Positions 25,992 through 40,864 of a stretch of 64,000 bases of DNA are shown here, in pieces. The stretch comes from Utricularia gibba (lineage: Eukaryota; Plantae; Magnoliophyta): positions 2,046,001 through 2,110,000 of the forward strand of contig NEEC01000010.1 in the NCBI GenBank assembly GCA_002189035.1, read 5' to 3'. Each line of letters opens with the position of its first letter. Position 1 is the stretch's first letter. The notes beneath the pieces are model-generated. The model saw only the letters and a program-made list of their open reading frames with translations. It was not told the origin of the DNA and searched no databases. A program made the translations under genes and the position numbers.

Positions 25992-28900
25992 TCAACTGAA
26001 TTGACTGTAATGCACATCCGGTACCCATTCCCAAGCTCCAGTTTGTAGTAGAACGTTAGCGGGTTGCGCCTTTGGATTTCCCCTTCATTTCTCTGAGAGA
26101 CTGCCTCTTCTCCTCTCTGAAAACACAAGGAACGATATCAGAGCATGAAGTTCAAAGCTCATGGCACACAGACACAAAAAGGGTTCCTATAGATTCCTTT
26201 CATGTGTGAGGCAAAAATATGAGAATGAACAGAAGCATAATTTGAGAAAGATGGAGGGAGGAAAACCGCAAATGGAGGAAAGGAAGAAGGCCATTTTCTT
26301 TTCACAAGTGTGTTTTTACCTGGCCTTGGCAATTTCCTCTCTAGAAGGCCATTTTCTTTTGACACGCTTTTCCTTTGCAGATGTCTTGCCTCTTGTACCA
26401 TTTGCGAATCCTTTTCCTGGTTTGCTCTCCTTTACTTTCTTTTCATGCTTCTCAACATTTTCCACGTTGACTGTTTCCTTGTCATTGGTCACTTCAGGTG
26501 CATTCTCCACTTCTCCCATTGTTTCGGGTTGCTGGGAAGTTGGCTTCGAATTACTCATTTTCTTCAGCTACAGTATTGTAAAATGCTACTGAATCAGTAG
26601 CAGCAGAGAAAATATTCTATAGAAGGCAAGGAATGTAAGCAGAAATTGAAGAGTTAATATAACTATGAGCATATCCAGTTATCCATTGCACATTCTATAC
26701 AGAACTTTGTTTGTTCCAGTGAATACCTTGGCTACAAAGAATCCATCCATATTGTGAACATGAGGATAAAATCTTCTTGTCTTTTCCAGGGAAGGGTGAA
26801 AACGATGCTCTCTGAAGCGAATGAATCTGCAAATAAGTTTGTCAGCGAAATGCTTAGAAGTCTTCAATCACCATAAAAGTAAGGTAGGCAAATACCCTGG
26901 ACGCCCGAAATCAAGGCCACATGGTACAAGTTTCACATCCCTTTTCTTGAGTGCATAGTCAATGACAGCTTCGTTCTGGGAACATTAAACGTAATAGAAT
27001 GGTAAATATAGAGCACTAGAAACGCAAAGTATTGAACAAATGTGGCAAACCTCTGCAACCATGATGGAGCAAGTAGAATACACTATGTATCCTCCAGTTT
27101 TTGAGTTGCAATCCACCATGTCTATGGCAGCAAGTATTAGTTGCTGCAGAAAACACAGACATTAGAAGTGTATACGCATGGTTCCAATTTTTTAAAAAAA
27201 AATTGACCATGTAAATTATGCAAGCAGCAGTCATTCAGTTGACAAGATCACTTCTGAACTTATTTAAGAGGGGAAATCACTCAAAGAATCAAATGCTCAG
27301 GATTTTAACCAAGCAATCAGAATCGGAATGGTCTTTCCAACTAAGCATCCCAACATACCCCACTACAAACCTCCCTCTCCCACGACAAAGTCTACCTACC
27401 TTTTGCAATTGAGCACAATTTTGTATATCCAATGCACTTTTAGAGGTTTTCACGGACTCATCCTTGGATATAACCTGAAAAAATGAATGAACCACATCAC
27501 ATTACATTAAAAATTGAACTAAAATTTTTTTCAAATCTCTAGTAGCATACACCGGTCCCACTGCAAGGTGCGTCCAACAGAACCCTGTCACAGGAGTTGG
27601 GTCCAAGAACTTTGGGAAGCTGAAATTAGGGGGGCAAATCAATCAGTATACCTGCCAAAAAACACAGTGGGCAAGAAATCAGGAGTACCTACCTCTTTGC
27701 CATCATAGGTACAAACTATGGTGTTGGTTACACCCAGACGATGTATGTTTGCAGTCAGTGACTTGAGCCTGGACTCCTTAATCTCATTTGCGTATATAAT
27801 TCCTGAGAAAATCCATTCAGTCACTTAGCCATTATAAGAGAACAGTGACCCATGTCCATCCTCCTGAAAAAGCATTGAAGAAAACCATACAGCAGAAGAA
27901 GCAACGTATTTCTCTAGAACAATGCTCTTACATTGAGCACACGGATAATTTTAAATATACCACATTCAACAGGACAAGCTAGCCATCAACGTATTACATA
28001 ACACTGCACATTGCCGCAACCTACATTTAAGCTTACCGGTATTTTTCATCAGGGCAGCAATATATGTTGTTTTACCACCAGGAGCAGCTCTGTAAAATCA
28101 GAAAAGAAACTTATGTAACCAGATACAATAAATGGAGAACATTTCCACAGCAACCAGCAGGAGATGTGCATGGTGACGATATGAAGTAAAAAAACATGTA
28201 ATTTACGTACTTTTACAATGCAATCATAGATGATAGAATACAGAGAAACATCATACAAGGTTGTGAAGTTAAGAAAAATAAAAACAGATCTTAAAAACAC
28301 TACTTCCAGTCCTTCCAGGCGAAGATTAACTGAAACAATTATACAAGCATGCTACTTTAAAAATCTGAAAAAAAAAATACTCACGCCATGTCAACGATTC
28401 TTTCTTTTTCCTGTGGAGCAAGGGCCATGACAGGCAAAAATGAACTCGCACCTTGCAGCTGTCAGAAAGATGCACTCGTAGTTATAGTGTACATCCACTT
28501 TCTAATTGATGAGAATGAAGGAACCTTGGATTACCATATAATGACCAGCCATATATTCTGGAGTCGCACCAATAGGAACTTGTGAATCATATACAACCAA
28601 ACCAACCTACGGAAATGAAGAATATCAAATTCTTTAAATTACATTGTGTATAGAAAGGTGCACCGTCCATGAGCAAAAGACTATTTACCTTGGACCATTT
28701 ACTCAATGGGTCAAGATTGACTCCTCTGTTTAAAAGAACACCTGCCAAGTCCCTTCGGCGAGTCTAGGGAGCAGAGAAAAAAATTAACAGCAAAATATCT
28801 AGTGCACACTGGAAAAATAAGTAAACTACAATATTCACAAGCATTGCTACCTTCAAGGTATTTGTTCGAATACATATAGGCCTTGGCTTTTCAAAGGCCT

Positions 28901-29969
28901 CCAATAGTTCCATTAATTCAGAAACGGGAAACATCTGTCTCACAGAAGAACACAGGTAAACTATTTTCTGGGAAAAATAATCATTACATGCAATTTGTGA
29001 CCCAAAAACAATTGTGGGATGCTGCCTGCTAAAAATTTTTTCTATTACATAGAAAAATCACCTCAACCAATACTTCCACGAGAAACTCATTATATCCATA
29101 GTAAGAACATAAGTCAGCTTTGAGTCGATCAACATAATCCTTGCGCTTACACCCTTCTTGTCTTAAAGACTTGAAATTTGTAAGCACCCGAACAACTGCA
29201 GTATTATCCAGTATCATTCAAATCAAGCAGCCGATCTTGGAAACGAATCTAAAGTCTCATGTTAAAAGCATACTTTCTTTTATCCTCCGCAGAAGATTTG
29301 AAAGATCTGGGGGCCTGTTTGCCTCTTCTTCAAGCTCCTGTTTCATTGATAAAATAGCTTGGAGCGCATTACAAACAGCTAACGCGTTCCATTTCTGTAA
29401 GCTTGCCATAACTAATTTACTCAATAAACTTAACCTCTGCAGTGGGTAATCGAAACTCGTCAGATTCTTCTCTGATATTCAGTTGTAACTCAGCTGCAGC
29501 ATCTTCTTCTTGTCGTTTCTTTTCCTCATCTAAGGCTATTGATTTCTTCTCAATGTCACCAAAATCTGAATCATCCGCAGAATCTGAATCATCCCCAGAA
29601 TCTGATGCGTCACCAGGACCTTCTAGGACAGAAGAACCATATAATAAAGACCCAAATGATTGGGAAAATGAAAATTTGAGAACTTGAAAACAGAACGCAG
29701 TAAGTACCTTCGTCATCACTTCCTTGAAGGATATCCTTAGAAAGAGGATCATCATCATCATCATCATCTGTCGACATTCCCGACTCATAATTCTCTTCTG
29801 CTTCTTCTCCATCGGACTCTTCAAATCTTTCTGGCTTATCCGACTCGTCTGAATCACTAATAAAATCTTCTTCTCCAATGTCTTTTTCCAGCACTTTCTG
29901 CTTCTTAATAGGGTGATGATTCAACGACTTCACTACTCTCTTTTGCTTACTCAGCTTAGGGCCAGCCAT
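25992..29969 (-). CDS. NOP2: 25S rRNA cytosine-C5 methyltransferase NOP2/NSUN1, multi-exon
   Basis: Acidic N-terminus, [32 protein letters not shown]...[32 protein letters not shown] and a basic tail. Position of the last exon and stop is approximate. Confidence 0.93.
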
Positions 29970-30407
29970 TACGCTACGGAATCAGAACAAACAACCAATT
30001 TTGATTTTCCGAACCCCGAGGAGAACTAACCAACACAAACACAATTCGGGTTTTCACCTGTAAGATGAATATGAAGCAAACCCTCACAGCCAACGATTTC
30101 CGTAGCAGCGGGTGACGAAGCCGCACACCACCGCTTTTGAGAGTTCAAGCGGGAGAGAACGGAAATTAGGGTTTAGCAAGGATTTTTCAACTGGAGAATT
30201 TATTATTATTATTATGTAAAAAAGTTATTCCATTAAATGTTTTACGTATATACACCCAAATACTAAAAAACATCTACCTAATATTATTCTTGTCCATTTT
30301 TTTTATTTTTTTCGTAAACCTATGATGTGATATGCGGGCTGCTGACAACGCACAAACCTCTCCCCACAGGTGTTCGACGAAAGTCCTCACACCCACTGCA
30401 GTCTTCT

Positions 30408-31831
30408 TCAAGCATCGATAAGAGAACGTGGCTGCAAAGGAGTCTGGCTCTGCGTCCACAGTTTATAAGCATCATCGTCTTCTTCATGAGAAGCAATGAA
30501 TTCCAATGCCTCGACAACTTGGCTGATCGACGGCCTCGAACTCGCTTCATCCTGAAGGCACATGGAGGTTATGATGACAGCTTGCTGCACACTCCGCGCC
30601 GAGAATCGCCCCTCGAGCGAAGGGTCGACGATCTGGAGAAGGCTTTTCCGGTGCTTGAGGTACGGACGAGCCTGCATTCCCACGATACAAGACTCAAATT
30701 GAAGGAAAGCATTTTTCCAAGAGCTTGTTGGAAAATAGTTTACCCAAGCAACGAGGTTTTGTTCGCCGTGTTTACGTGAGAAGTCGACTGCCTTTCGGCC
30801 GGTGATGAGCTCCAGAAGCACAACTCCGAAGCTGTAGATATCGGATTTCAGGGTCAGTTTACCGCTCATTGCGTACTCCGGCGCACAGTAGCCGTAGGTT
30901 CCCATCACCCGGGTGGAAACGTGCGTCTTATCGCCGACGGGGCCGAGCTTCGCCAACCCGAAATCGGATAACTTGACAGTGAAATCACTGTCGAGCAATA
31001 TGTTTGATGACTTCAAGTCACGGTAGATCACTGGAGGATTAGCTACGTGGTGTAAATATTCGAGCCCACGAGCTGTTCCAATGGCAATCTTCATCCTCGT
31101 CGTCCAGCTCAACGGTTTCTGATCCGGTTCCAGCTCTGCTACGCAGAAGAAGAGAAAGCTGCAAAGGTTAGAAGATACACAGGAGCCGGATTGGATCATG
31201 GAGCATACAGAGAGGGTATTACCGAAGAGATGATTTTCAAGGCTTCCCATCGGCATAAACTCGTAAACTAAGAAGCGATGTTCACCATGGCTGCAGTATC
31301 CGATCAAGTTCACGAGATTCGGATGATGAAGAAAGCTCAGCATAAGAACTTCCACCATGAATTCTTGATTTCCCTGAAGCCCATCAAGATTGAGCTGCTT
31401 TACTGCTACAATCTGCTTCATGTGTCCAAGTGTTTGTATCAGTAAAGGAACAGAGAGGCTTCTTCCCTTTTTAACTGGGATGAAACCGGATTACCTGGCC
31501 GGAATCCAACCGCCCTTTGTAAACGCAGCCGAATCCGCCTTCTCCGATCATATTCGATTCCCTAAAATTCTGGGTTGCTGATGCAAGCTCCTTGAACTTG
31601 AAGCTATGCGCAGATGAAGGACTTCCCTTGTTGCTGCTCCCTTTTCCTTTCGATCTCCCAGCATCTTCTTCCACATAACGAGAGAATCTTCAGACAATAG
31701 GCATTGATAAAAGTATCAGAGATTTAGCAAATGGAACCTGAAGAAGAAGCTCCTCTGGAGCTCGGAACCTTGCCCTTATCATAATCCAATGCACTTTTAA
31801 GGCGCGAGCTCATACAAGGAAAACATGCCAT
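30408..31831 (-). CDS. RLCK-VII receptor-like cytoplasmic kinase (PBL21-like)
   Basis: MACFPCM start, [65 protein letters not shown]. Confidence 0.93.
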
Positions 31832-32847
31832 TTTCATTCACCCTTTCCCGTCAACTTCCGTCGAGCAAGGATTAATCTGCTACGGTTTAGAAAAAAACGC
31901 AGAGCTTCTTTTCTTTCCTCACCGTTAGGATTTACCGTTGTGCATGATGAACAGAAGGAGAGAGAACGCCGGAATTCTCTCCCCCGGGGCCTTCTCACGA
32001 AAGCCAGACAACAGGCATGCACAACACGAAAGCGAAGCTTTCTCCCGTTTACACATAGATTCGTTGTTGCCAATGAAACTCACCAGCACCAGAGGATCTA
32101 ACTTGCTAAAAATAGCCACTCACCGGCGATTTCTATTTCTATTTCTATTTCTCTACAGACGACGTTGGTGACGAGGAACAAAACTCCCATGAAAATATCT
32201 TTTTTCTTTTTTAACACTAAAAAAATCTAGAAAATAACAATATTTATATAACACGAAATAATATATTATGTTCAGTTTCACAATTTAATATATCCATATT
32301 GTTGGTTCAACGAATCAAATTTAATAGATAATTAGTTATTATGCATTTGATTGGAAAATTATAACATAAATTGTAAAATATTATTTATTAATTATAATAT
32401 TCTTTAAGGAAATCATTTATATTTTTTATAATTAATGTAATAACATTGTATACTTTAAACAAACAATGTCGTGGTTTAAGTGGTGCGCTTGTGTAATAAT
32501 AATTAATATTGTTTTTTATTACTAAAAAAATTTAATTTTCAGAAAAAAAACTTATACTATACAATTTTCTAAAAAAAAATTGATTAAATATCCATATATG
32601 TCAACTTAGTCCAATAATAATTACTATTGTGCATGGGCAGTGTGACGGAATTATCCTCATGGCCCATTATCTATCCATTTTAGTAATTAATTGCCTAAAA
32701 TGGAAACGGAGCCTAATTTTGTTCTCAATCTCCCATTATAGAAATTCAGGACGTTGATTTGTTGTTTTTGGAAACGAAATATTCTTTAGATTTCCCGAAA
32801 GTTTGTCCGAAATTGGAACATTAATTGTATCACGTGCGAGATCATCA

Positions 32848-33602
32848 ATGGGGGGATTCACGCCGCCTACGGAGGCCTCAGATTCCATCTCATTGCGTAA
32901 TTATTCTCATTTTTTTTTAATTTAAAATCGTACCAAAAATCAACTTTTTGTCCCACCCTAAATTTAATGTACATTTAGGTGGTAATTAACTTCTGGATTA
33001 ATCTTTTCAGCCCCACCACTAGCTTTCCTGTGGTTGCTCATATATTTAAAATTAAAAAATATTTCATATATGAATTTTATAAATATGAAAATATATTTCT
33101 AATTTAGAAAATCACCGGATTAAAAAAAATTATGTAAGATAAAATTTTTTAAAAATATTATGCAAAGTGACGTAATTTTCAATGAACAAACTTACCGAAC
33201 TCATGTAGAACTGGCAAGGATTCACTCAGATCACATGTTGCAGAGCCAACCAAATCTTCATGGAAATGAACCCAAGCTCCAATGCAGCAGAAGAGAAGCA
33301 TTGGGTGATTGTGTGTGTTTTTTCTCTTTTGATGCGCACAGAGCATCAGATTCCATGAGGGGAAGCGGACAAGAGGGTGAGTGGAATACCCCAATTTTAG
33401 GTGAAGAGCTTGGCGATCAAATTCATGTGGGATGCGCCAAAACTTGCTGGTTCAACTCAAATGGGTGGGTGTTGTTTTCATTGTAGGATACGCCTGTGCG
33501 TCGTTGAATTCGAGAAGATTGATCCACAGTGCATCATCATCCATTATAACCTACTTGCTGTACTTGGCATCATTCCTGTATTTTTCAAGGCTTGGCATGT
33601 GA
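32848..33602 (+). other. Putative small spliced gene (three-exon 110-aa ORF or lncRNA), unrecognised
   Basis: Exons 32848-32896, 33209-33376 and 33487-33602 join in phase through GT-AG sites. The second intron has a strong AGG|GTGAGT donor and a TTTTCATTGTAG acceptor. Confidence 0.3.
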
Positions 33603-33918
33603 AGGGGCGAGAGGGATCAGTAGACTTCATGAAGGCGAAAGCCATAATAATACTGGGGGAAGTCTCTTTGCTTACTAGTGTAGGTGACCACAGGATATAA
33701 AGATCTGATGGCCACTGAAAAGAACCTGCTGAAAGGAGAACACTTGTTGATTAAGCAGGTGACAACGTGTTGTAATGTAAGCACAATAATTAACCTCTGT
33801 AATTATTTTGTTAAGCTACGAGCAGCGTACCAGTAATCACGTGCTTGGTGTGTATAAGTTGAGAGTCTGGATCAGATCACACTGCTAGTCATCTTCTCTC
33901 TTTCGCTAGCAGCAAAGA

Positions 33919-35085
33919 ATGTGCATCGCGGTGTTTATGTGGAGAGCTCATCCCCTTCACCCTCTTCTGCTTTTGCACAACAGGGATGAGTATCATACAA
34001 GGTGCCTCTGGCTGCGCCTTGTGTTTCAGACAAGTTTCTATGCTGGCACTGTGTTTTGATGTGTCTGCTTGTTTATCAGGCCAACGAAGGCGGTCGGATG
34101 GTGGGAATGTGGCGAGATCTTGGCCGGGAAAGACGAGGTGGCGGGAGGGACCTGGCTGGCTTGCTCCAAGATGGGGAGAGTTGCATTCTTGACCAATGTT
34201 CTTGAGCTGCATGTTCAGCCTGATGCCAAGAGCAGAGGCGATCTCCCCATTCGCTTCTGCAGGTAGTACATGTAATTCAGGAAATGAAAAACGGTTATGT
34301 TTTCATGAAACTGATTAAAAACAGACATGGTTGTTGCTTGTAACTCGGTGGCTTGCTTCCTTCTTTGCAGAGCAGTAAGGATCCAAGAGCATTTGCTGAG
34401 GAGTTGGCTAAAGATGCACATCAGTACAATGGCTTCAACCTCATTGTGGCAGATCTCATCTCTAGATCAATGGTTTACATCTCGAATAGGCCGAAAGGGC
34501 AGCCGGCATTGATTCAAGAAGTACTACCCGGCATCCATGTTCTGACAAATGCAAAGCTGAACTCCCCATGGCCCAAGGTGACTCCTCTAGGACCAAGTAT
34601 TCCGCTGTTAAACAATGGAGTTTAACTTTCATTTTTTTGTCTGTCTCAGGCAGAGAGATTGGAGCTGGGATTCAAGAACAAAGTTCATGAGTATGGTGAA
34701 GGGGAGATTCCTGCAGAAGAAATGGTGGAAAATCTAATGAGGGACACAGTGAAAGCTGATGTGAACAAGCTGCCAAACATTTGTTCTATCGATTTTGAAC
34801 TCAACTTAAGTTCCATTTTCGTTGAACTGGACACCCCATTGGTAAGTAAACCTTCAACTTTACCTGTGGTAGCAACAGAAGACCAATATGGTTTTGATTG
34901 TTGCCTGTGGTTGTGATAAGCAGGGTAAATATGGGACACGGAGCACATCGGTGATCAATGTGAAGTCGAACGGGGAAGTGAGCTTCTATGAGGCATATCT
35001 AGAAGGAGAGAAATGGGAGCAGCATGCCGTAACTTACCTTATCCAAAAGTTAGGATTTCAAAAACAAACTGAAACTCTCTGTTGA
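33919..35085 (+). CDS. TANGO2: Transport and Golgi organisation 2 homolog (DUF833/NRDE), multi-exon
   Basis: MCIAVFMW...HNRDEYHTR|PTK, GGTWL, GRVAFLTN, SRGDLP, YNGFNL, GIHVLTNA, YGTRS. Confidence 0.93.
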
Positions 35086-35545
35086 GTCTCAGTTTAGGTT
35101 GGACGTGCTGTTATTGATTCACTAATAAGGCGTTGTGTTGCGTTTAGTTAGCAACTAAACACATCACCACATGTAACATCTATTGAGCTTCTCCGAGCTA
35201 AATAGACAAATCATCTCTGTGTTTTAGTTAGCACTGACGACAATACCGGCAAATACATCAGTCAGTAGCATACGAACCCAAACATTGTCTTAAAATCCTA
35301 TGATGATCTTACAGAATAATTTGTAATCAGGTTTCTAAACTACATATTCAACTTTATGAACATGATTATCTGTTGCATTCCAGGAAATATGATGTCTTAG
35401 CATCATCCCACTATACTCCCCAATAACTCACGCATAAATAGAAAAATTAGCAATATTGAACAACGTCAAGTTTTAGAACAAAAGATCCAACTTTATGAAC
35501 ATAATTATCTATCCTCAATGAACATGTAATGTGGAGTTACATAAA

Positions 35546-36965
35546 CTAACCGGTCTTATTCATGTCTTCTTGCACCTGACGATAAGCTTGTAGTAGCAAC
35601 GTCCGCACGTTTGCTATCTCGACCAGCGTTTCCAGGGCTAAAAAGGCATGAATGAGAATGCGGATTGCAACCAGAACTCACAAAGCTTAACTGCTACCTT
35701 TCTCAAATGACAACTGCGATGACCTAAGCTTTGGAGATACCAAAGTGCCAAACATGGAGAGTGACTTCAGTCTTTCCTTTTGCGCCTGAAAAAAACATTG
35801 CTAACCAGGTGAAAAGCTTTCACACAGGCACCTAAACCAATACTGGGGAATGAACACTGGGTCGGGCAGTTCGTTCAACATAGAGTGTTTTGAGGCACAG
35901 AACGCAGGAGATCAGTGACATCTTACATGATTATTGTCATTAACCATCGACCCATCGTCTTCTGAGACATTATCCGCAAGTTCTTACAAACAGAACGGAC
36001 AAAGTAATGAGCTTTTCAATGAGGTGAATAAAATAAATGCAAGTGAAGCACTGGAGAAAGATTGATGGGAATGATGAGCAAATGCATAAAAGGATTGTGA
36101 CATCAATATTGAAACAGATTCTACATGAGCGAATTTTGACGTCCACATAATTGGAGATCGCTTTTCAGTGTCTAAATCAAAGACAAAAGGAGAGATGTAC
36201 CCTGATGACGGAATTCCAGACCTTCTTGTTGCTGAAATTCATCCTTCTCAACCTTCTTGTCCTCAGAGCACTTCTCGAGATTTTCAGAGGATATCCATTT
36301 GCGCAGCGTCAAATGTGGGAAGATTTTATCAGGGTTCGCTGTGAAAGATAACAATCTATGACAAAGACATTTTTTCGAAACATGGGAAATTAATTTAGAC
36401 TATGTTTTTGAAATGAGAAAGCCCAAAAATGAAGTTCCAAATGTAAGTACCTTGGCGTAGTTGCAGAACTGTTGAAGCATTGTGAATTTTGAGATCAAAC
36501 AAGGCACCACTCACACGAGAAGAACCCATTGAGTGTCGTGCACTGGCCAACTCCAACCATCCCTACAACAAACCTTGTTCTTTATAAAGACTAAACTTCA
36601 AAAAATTCACCTCAGATTGTGGGTAAATTCTACTATTTCCTGCTATAATATAAGGAAACGGCAAATCTTGATCAAAACCAATATCCAAAGTACGAATTGT
36701 AGCCACATTAGCAAGCCGTATATTAACTTCACGGAACACAAAAAATCATCAACTACAATGAATCAAAATCTCAAATCTACCAATCCAAATTCCCTAGATG
36801 AAAAGCGCTTCACATTCCAATAAACCGCTCAAAGGCATCCGCTTCTTCTACCTGGCGAAGCGTTGAAGACAGACTATCCAAAAGCATCAGATATCGGTCC
36901 ATAGAATCCAGGAAATCCAGAACGTGTTCATCATCCGATTCAATCCCATTATCAGAAATCTCCAT
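35546..36965 (-). CDS. CCDC115: V-ATPase assembly factor Vma22/CCDC115-like, 5 exons
   Basis: LDFLDSMDRYLMLLDSLSSTLRQ|GWLELASARHSMGSSRVS, KSLSMFGTLVSPKLRSSQLSFE, ALETLVEIAN. Confidence 0.82.
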
Positions 36966-37551
36966 TCCGATCGCCGGCAGGTTCCCCCTTCGTAATCCTT
37001 CGTCAACACACCTAGCTGAGTGAATTCCCTCACAACTCATATGCAACCATCTGCAACCCTAATTAAATGGGAAATTAACTTATTTCCACCTTTTTCCAAA
37101 ATTCGGGATTTTTTTACACCTTCAAAAATCAAAATCATTATTTGAAAATCCATATTATATTAAAAAGGAAATAATTTTTTTTTAATTTTTCAATGACGAT
37201 TGATTTCCTAATTACTATAAATGTTTGTATAAATTAAATATTATTACTTTATTTTTAAAAAATAATAAAATATGTATATTTACAAATAGAAAATAATTAT
37301 TATAAAATTAATGACTAATTATGGAATTTTAATATGCATAAAAACAAAAAGGGCGCCGCTGGTAGAATAAGCAGCAGTCTATGGTGCAGAGAAGGCCATG
37401 CCTTATCCCAATCCAATCTCCTCCACTGCATTCTGATGGAAACTGCTTGTGATTTGAGAAACTCATCGTTTTCTTTCGATTATCCACTACAAATATCTTG
37501 TTAACACTCAGTTTAGGACAAGCAGCAAACTCAAACCCCATCTCTGCCGCC

Positions 37552-39468
<1,917 letters not shown>

Positions 39469-40348
39469 TCCTTTCTCCTTCGTACCAGATCCCATACCCA
39501 AGTAAGACAACATCAGCATCAGATTCTTGGCACTCAATACAAATGTTTCTTTCTCTTCACCCCACTCAAGATCAAGAAACAGGATTTGACTCTTGCTCGC
39601 CATTTTCAAACTAACCAGAGACGAACTGTAACCATAGCGCAGCAGCAGAGATAGGCAGGCAAGCAGGCAGTAGGAGCTCCCACACTAATCCGTAGAAAAA
39701 GTACACCGCTAATGAGTATAGATTAGCAGCATAGTCAAACGATGCTTAGCCGGTCATTAGTGAATAATTAATCGACGTTGCAGCTACGAGCAGGAATCGA
39801 AGCAGATAAGGAGATCACGTCAATGGTGTTGCTTTTGTGGGTGCCATGTGCTAAAGTCTTGTAACAGCTTTGCACATTCTCCTTGTTCCCATTCCTTTTT
39901 CCAAGTCCTGTACCTTTCTTCTCCTCTCTCTCATGGTTAACTTCACCCCCCTTTTTCCTCCCCTGTGTCGCCATTTTTCTGCATGTTTTGGAGCCTCTCA
40001 GTCCCCATGTTTACCATTGAAACCAATTCCCCACACACATAAAAAAAAAAAAAAAACAGAAAAATGATCATCGTTAATATTATATTTTTATGAGAAATAA
40101 GTTTTATTTAATAAAAAATAAATAATTACTTAATAAAATAATAAATAAATAAATAATATTGTTATTTAGGGTATGGTGCTGGTTGTTGGCGATGATGGCG
40201 CCCATAGTATTGATGATGTGGGCTTGCCCTGGGATGAAAAAGATATTTATCCGTTGAATGGGTTCTGTAACAATCTTACCACATATATATAGATCGCCTC
40301 CCTGCCATAGACAACCAATTTCAACTGAAGCTCCAGCCCACATCTAAA

Positions 40349-40864
40349 ATGACGGATCACCGGCGTCTTCTCTCGCCGTCGCCGAAAGGCGAATCGACGT
40401 CGATAAAGAGCTTAGACTACGATTTCGTGGTTATCCTCGCGGTTATGCTATGCGCTCTCGTCTGCGTGCTAGGAATTATAGCTGCTGCGCGGTGTGCGTG
40501 GATCCGGCGTCTCGCCGGGGAACGAACGGCGGCCGCTAACAAAGGATTGAAGAAGAAGGTGCTCAAGTCACTGCCGATGGTTACCTTCGGCGGGAATACC
40601 GTACTGGAGGCGAAGATCTCGGACTGCGCGATTTGTTTAGCGGATTTCGTCGCGGGGGAGGAGGTGCGAGTTCTGCCGCAGTGCGGGCACGGGTTTCATG
40701 TGGTCTGCATCGATACGTGGCTTGGATCGCATTCCTCGTGTCCTTCGTGTCGTCAGATTCTCGTCGCGACACGGTGTCGTCAGTGCGGCCAGTCGACCGC
40801 CGCCGATGCCGCGAATATGCAACCGGCGCCCCGAGAGAACTACGTAAATCACTATCTGCCTTAG
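40349..40864 (+). CDS. RING-H2 E3 ligase, ATL family (ATL8/ATL80-like), intronless
   Basis: N-terminal TM, KGLKKKVLKSLP (GLD motif), CAICLADF...CGHGFHVVCIDTWLGSHSSCPSCR. Confidence 0.95.
   Translation: MTDHRRLLSPSPKGESTSIKSLDYDFVVILAVMLCALVCVLGIIAAARCAWIRRLAGERTAAANKGLKKKVLKSLPMVTFGGNTVLEAKISDCAICLADFVAGEEVRVLPQCGHGFHVVCIDTWLGSHSSCPSCRQILVATRCRQCGQSTAADAANMQPAPRENYVNHYLP

Noticed and set aside
32471-32484. tRNA/SINE A-box-like GTGGTTTAAGTGGT
   Set aside because: No B-box (GTTCRA) or cloverleaf follows it.
33284-33335. miR156-like hairpin (CAGAAGAGAAGCA pairing with a TTTTCTCTTTTG arm)
   Set aside because: The stem is only ~15-18 bp, too short for a plant miRNA duplex, and does not match miR156/157/529 mature sequences as I recall them.
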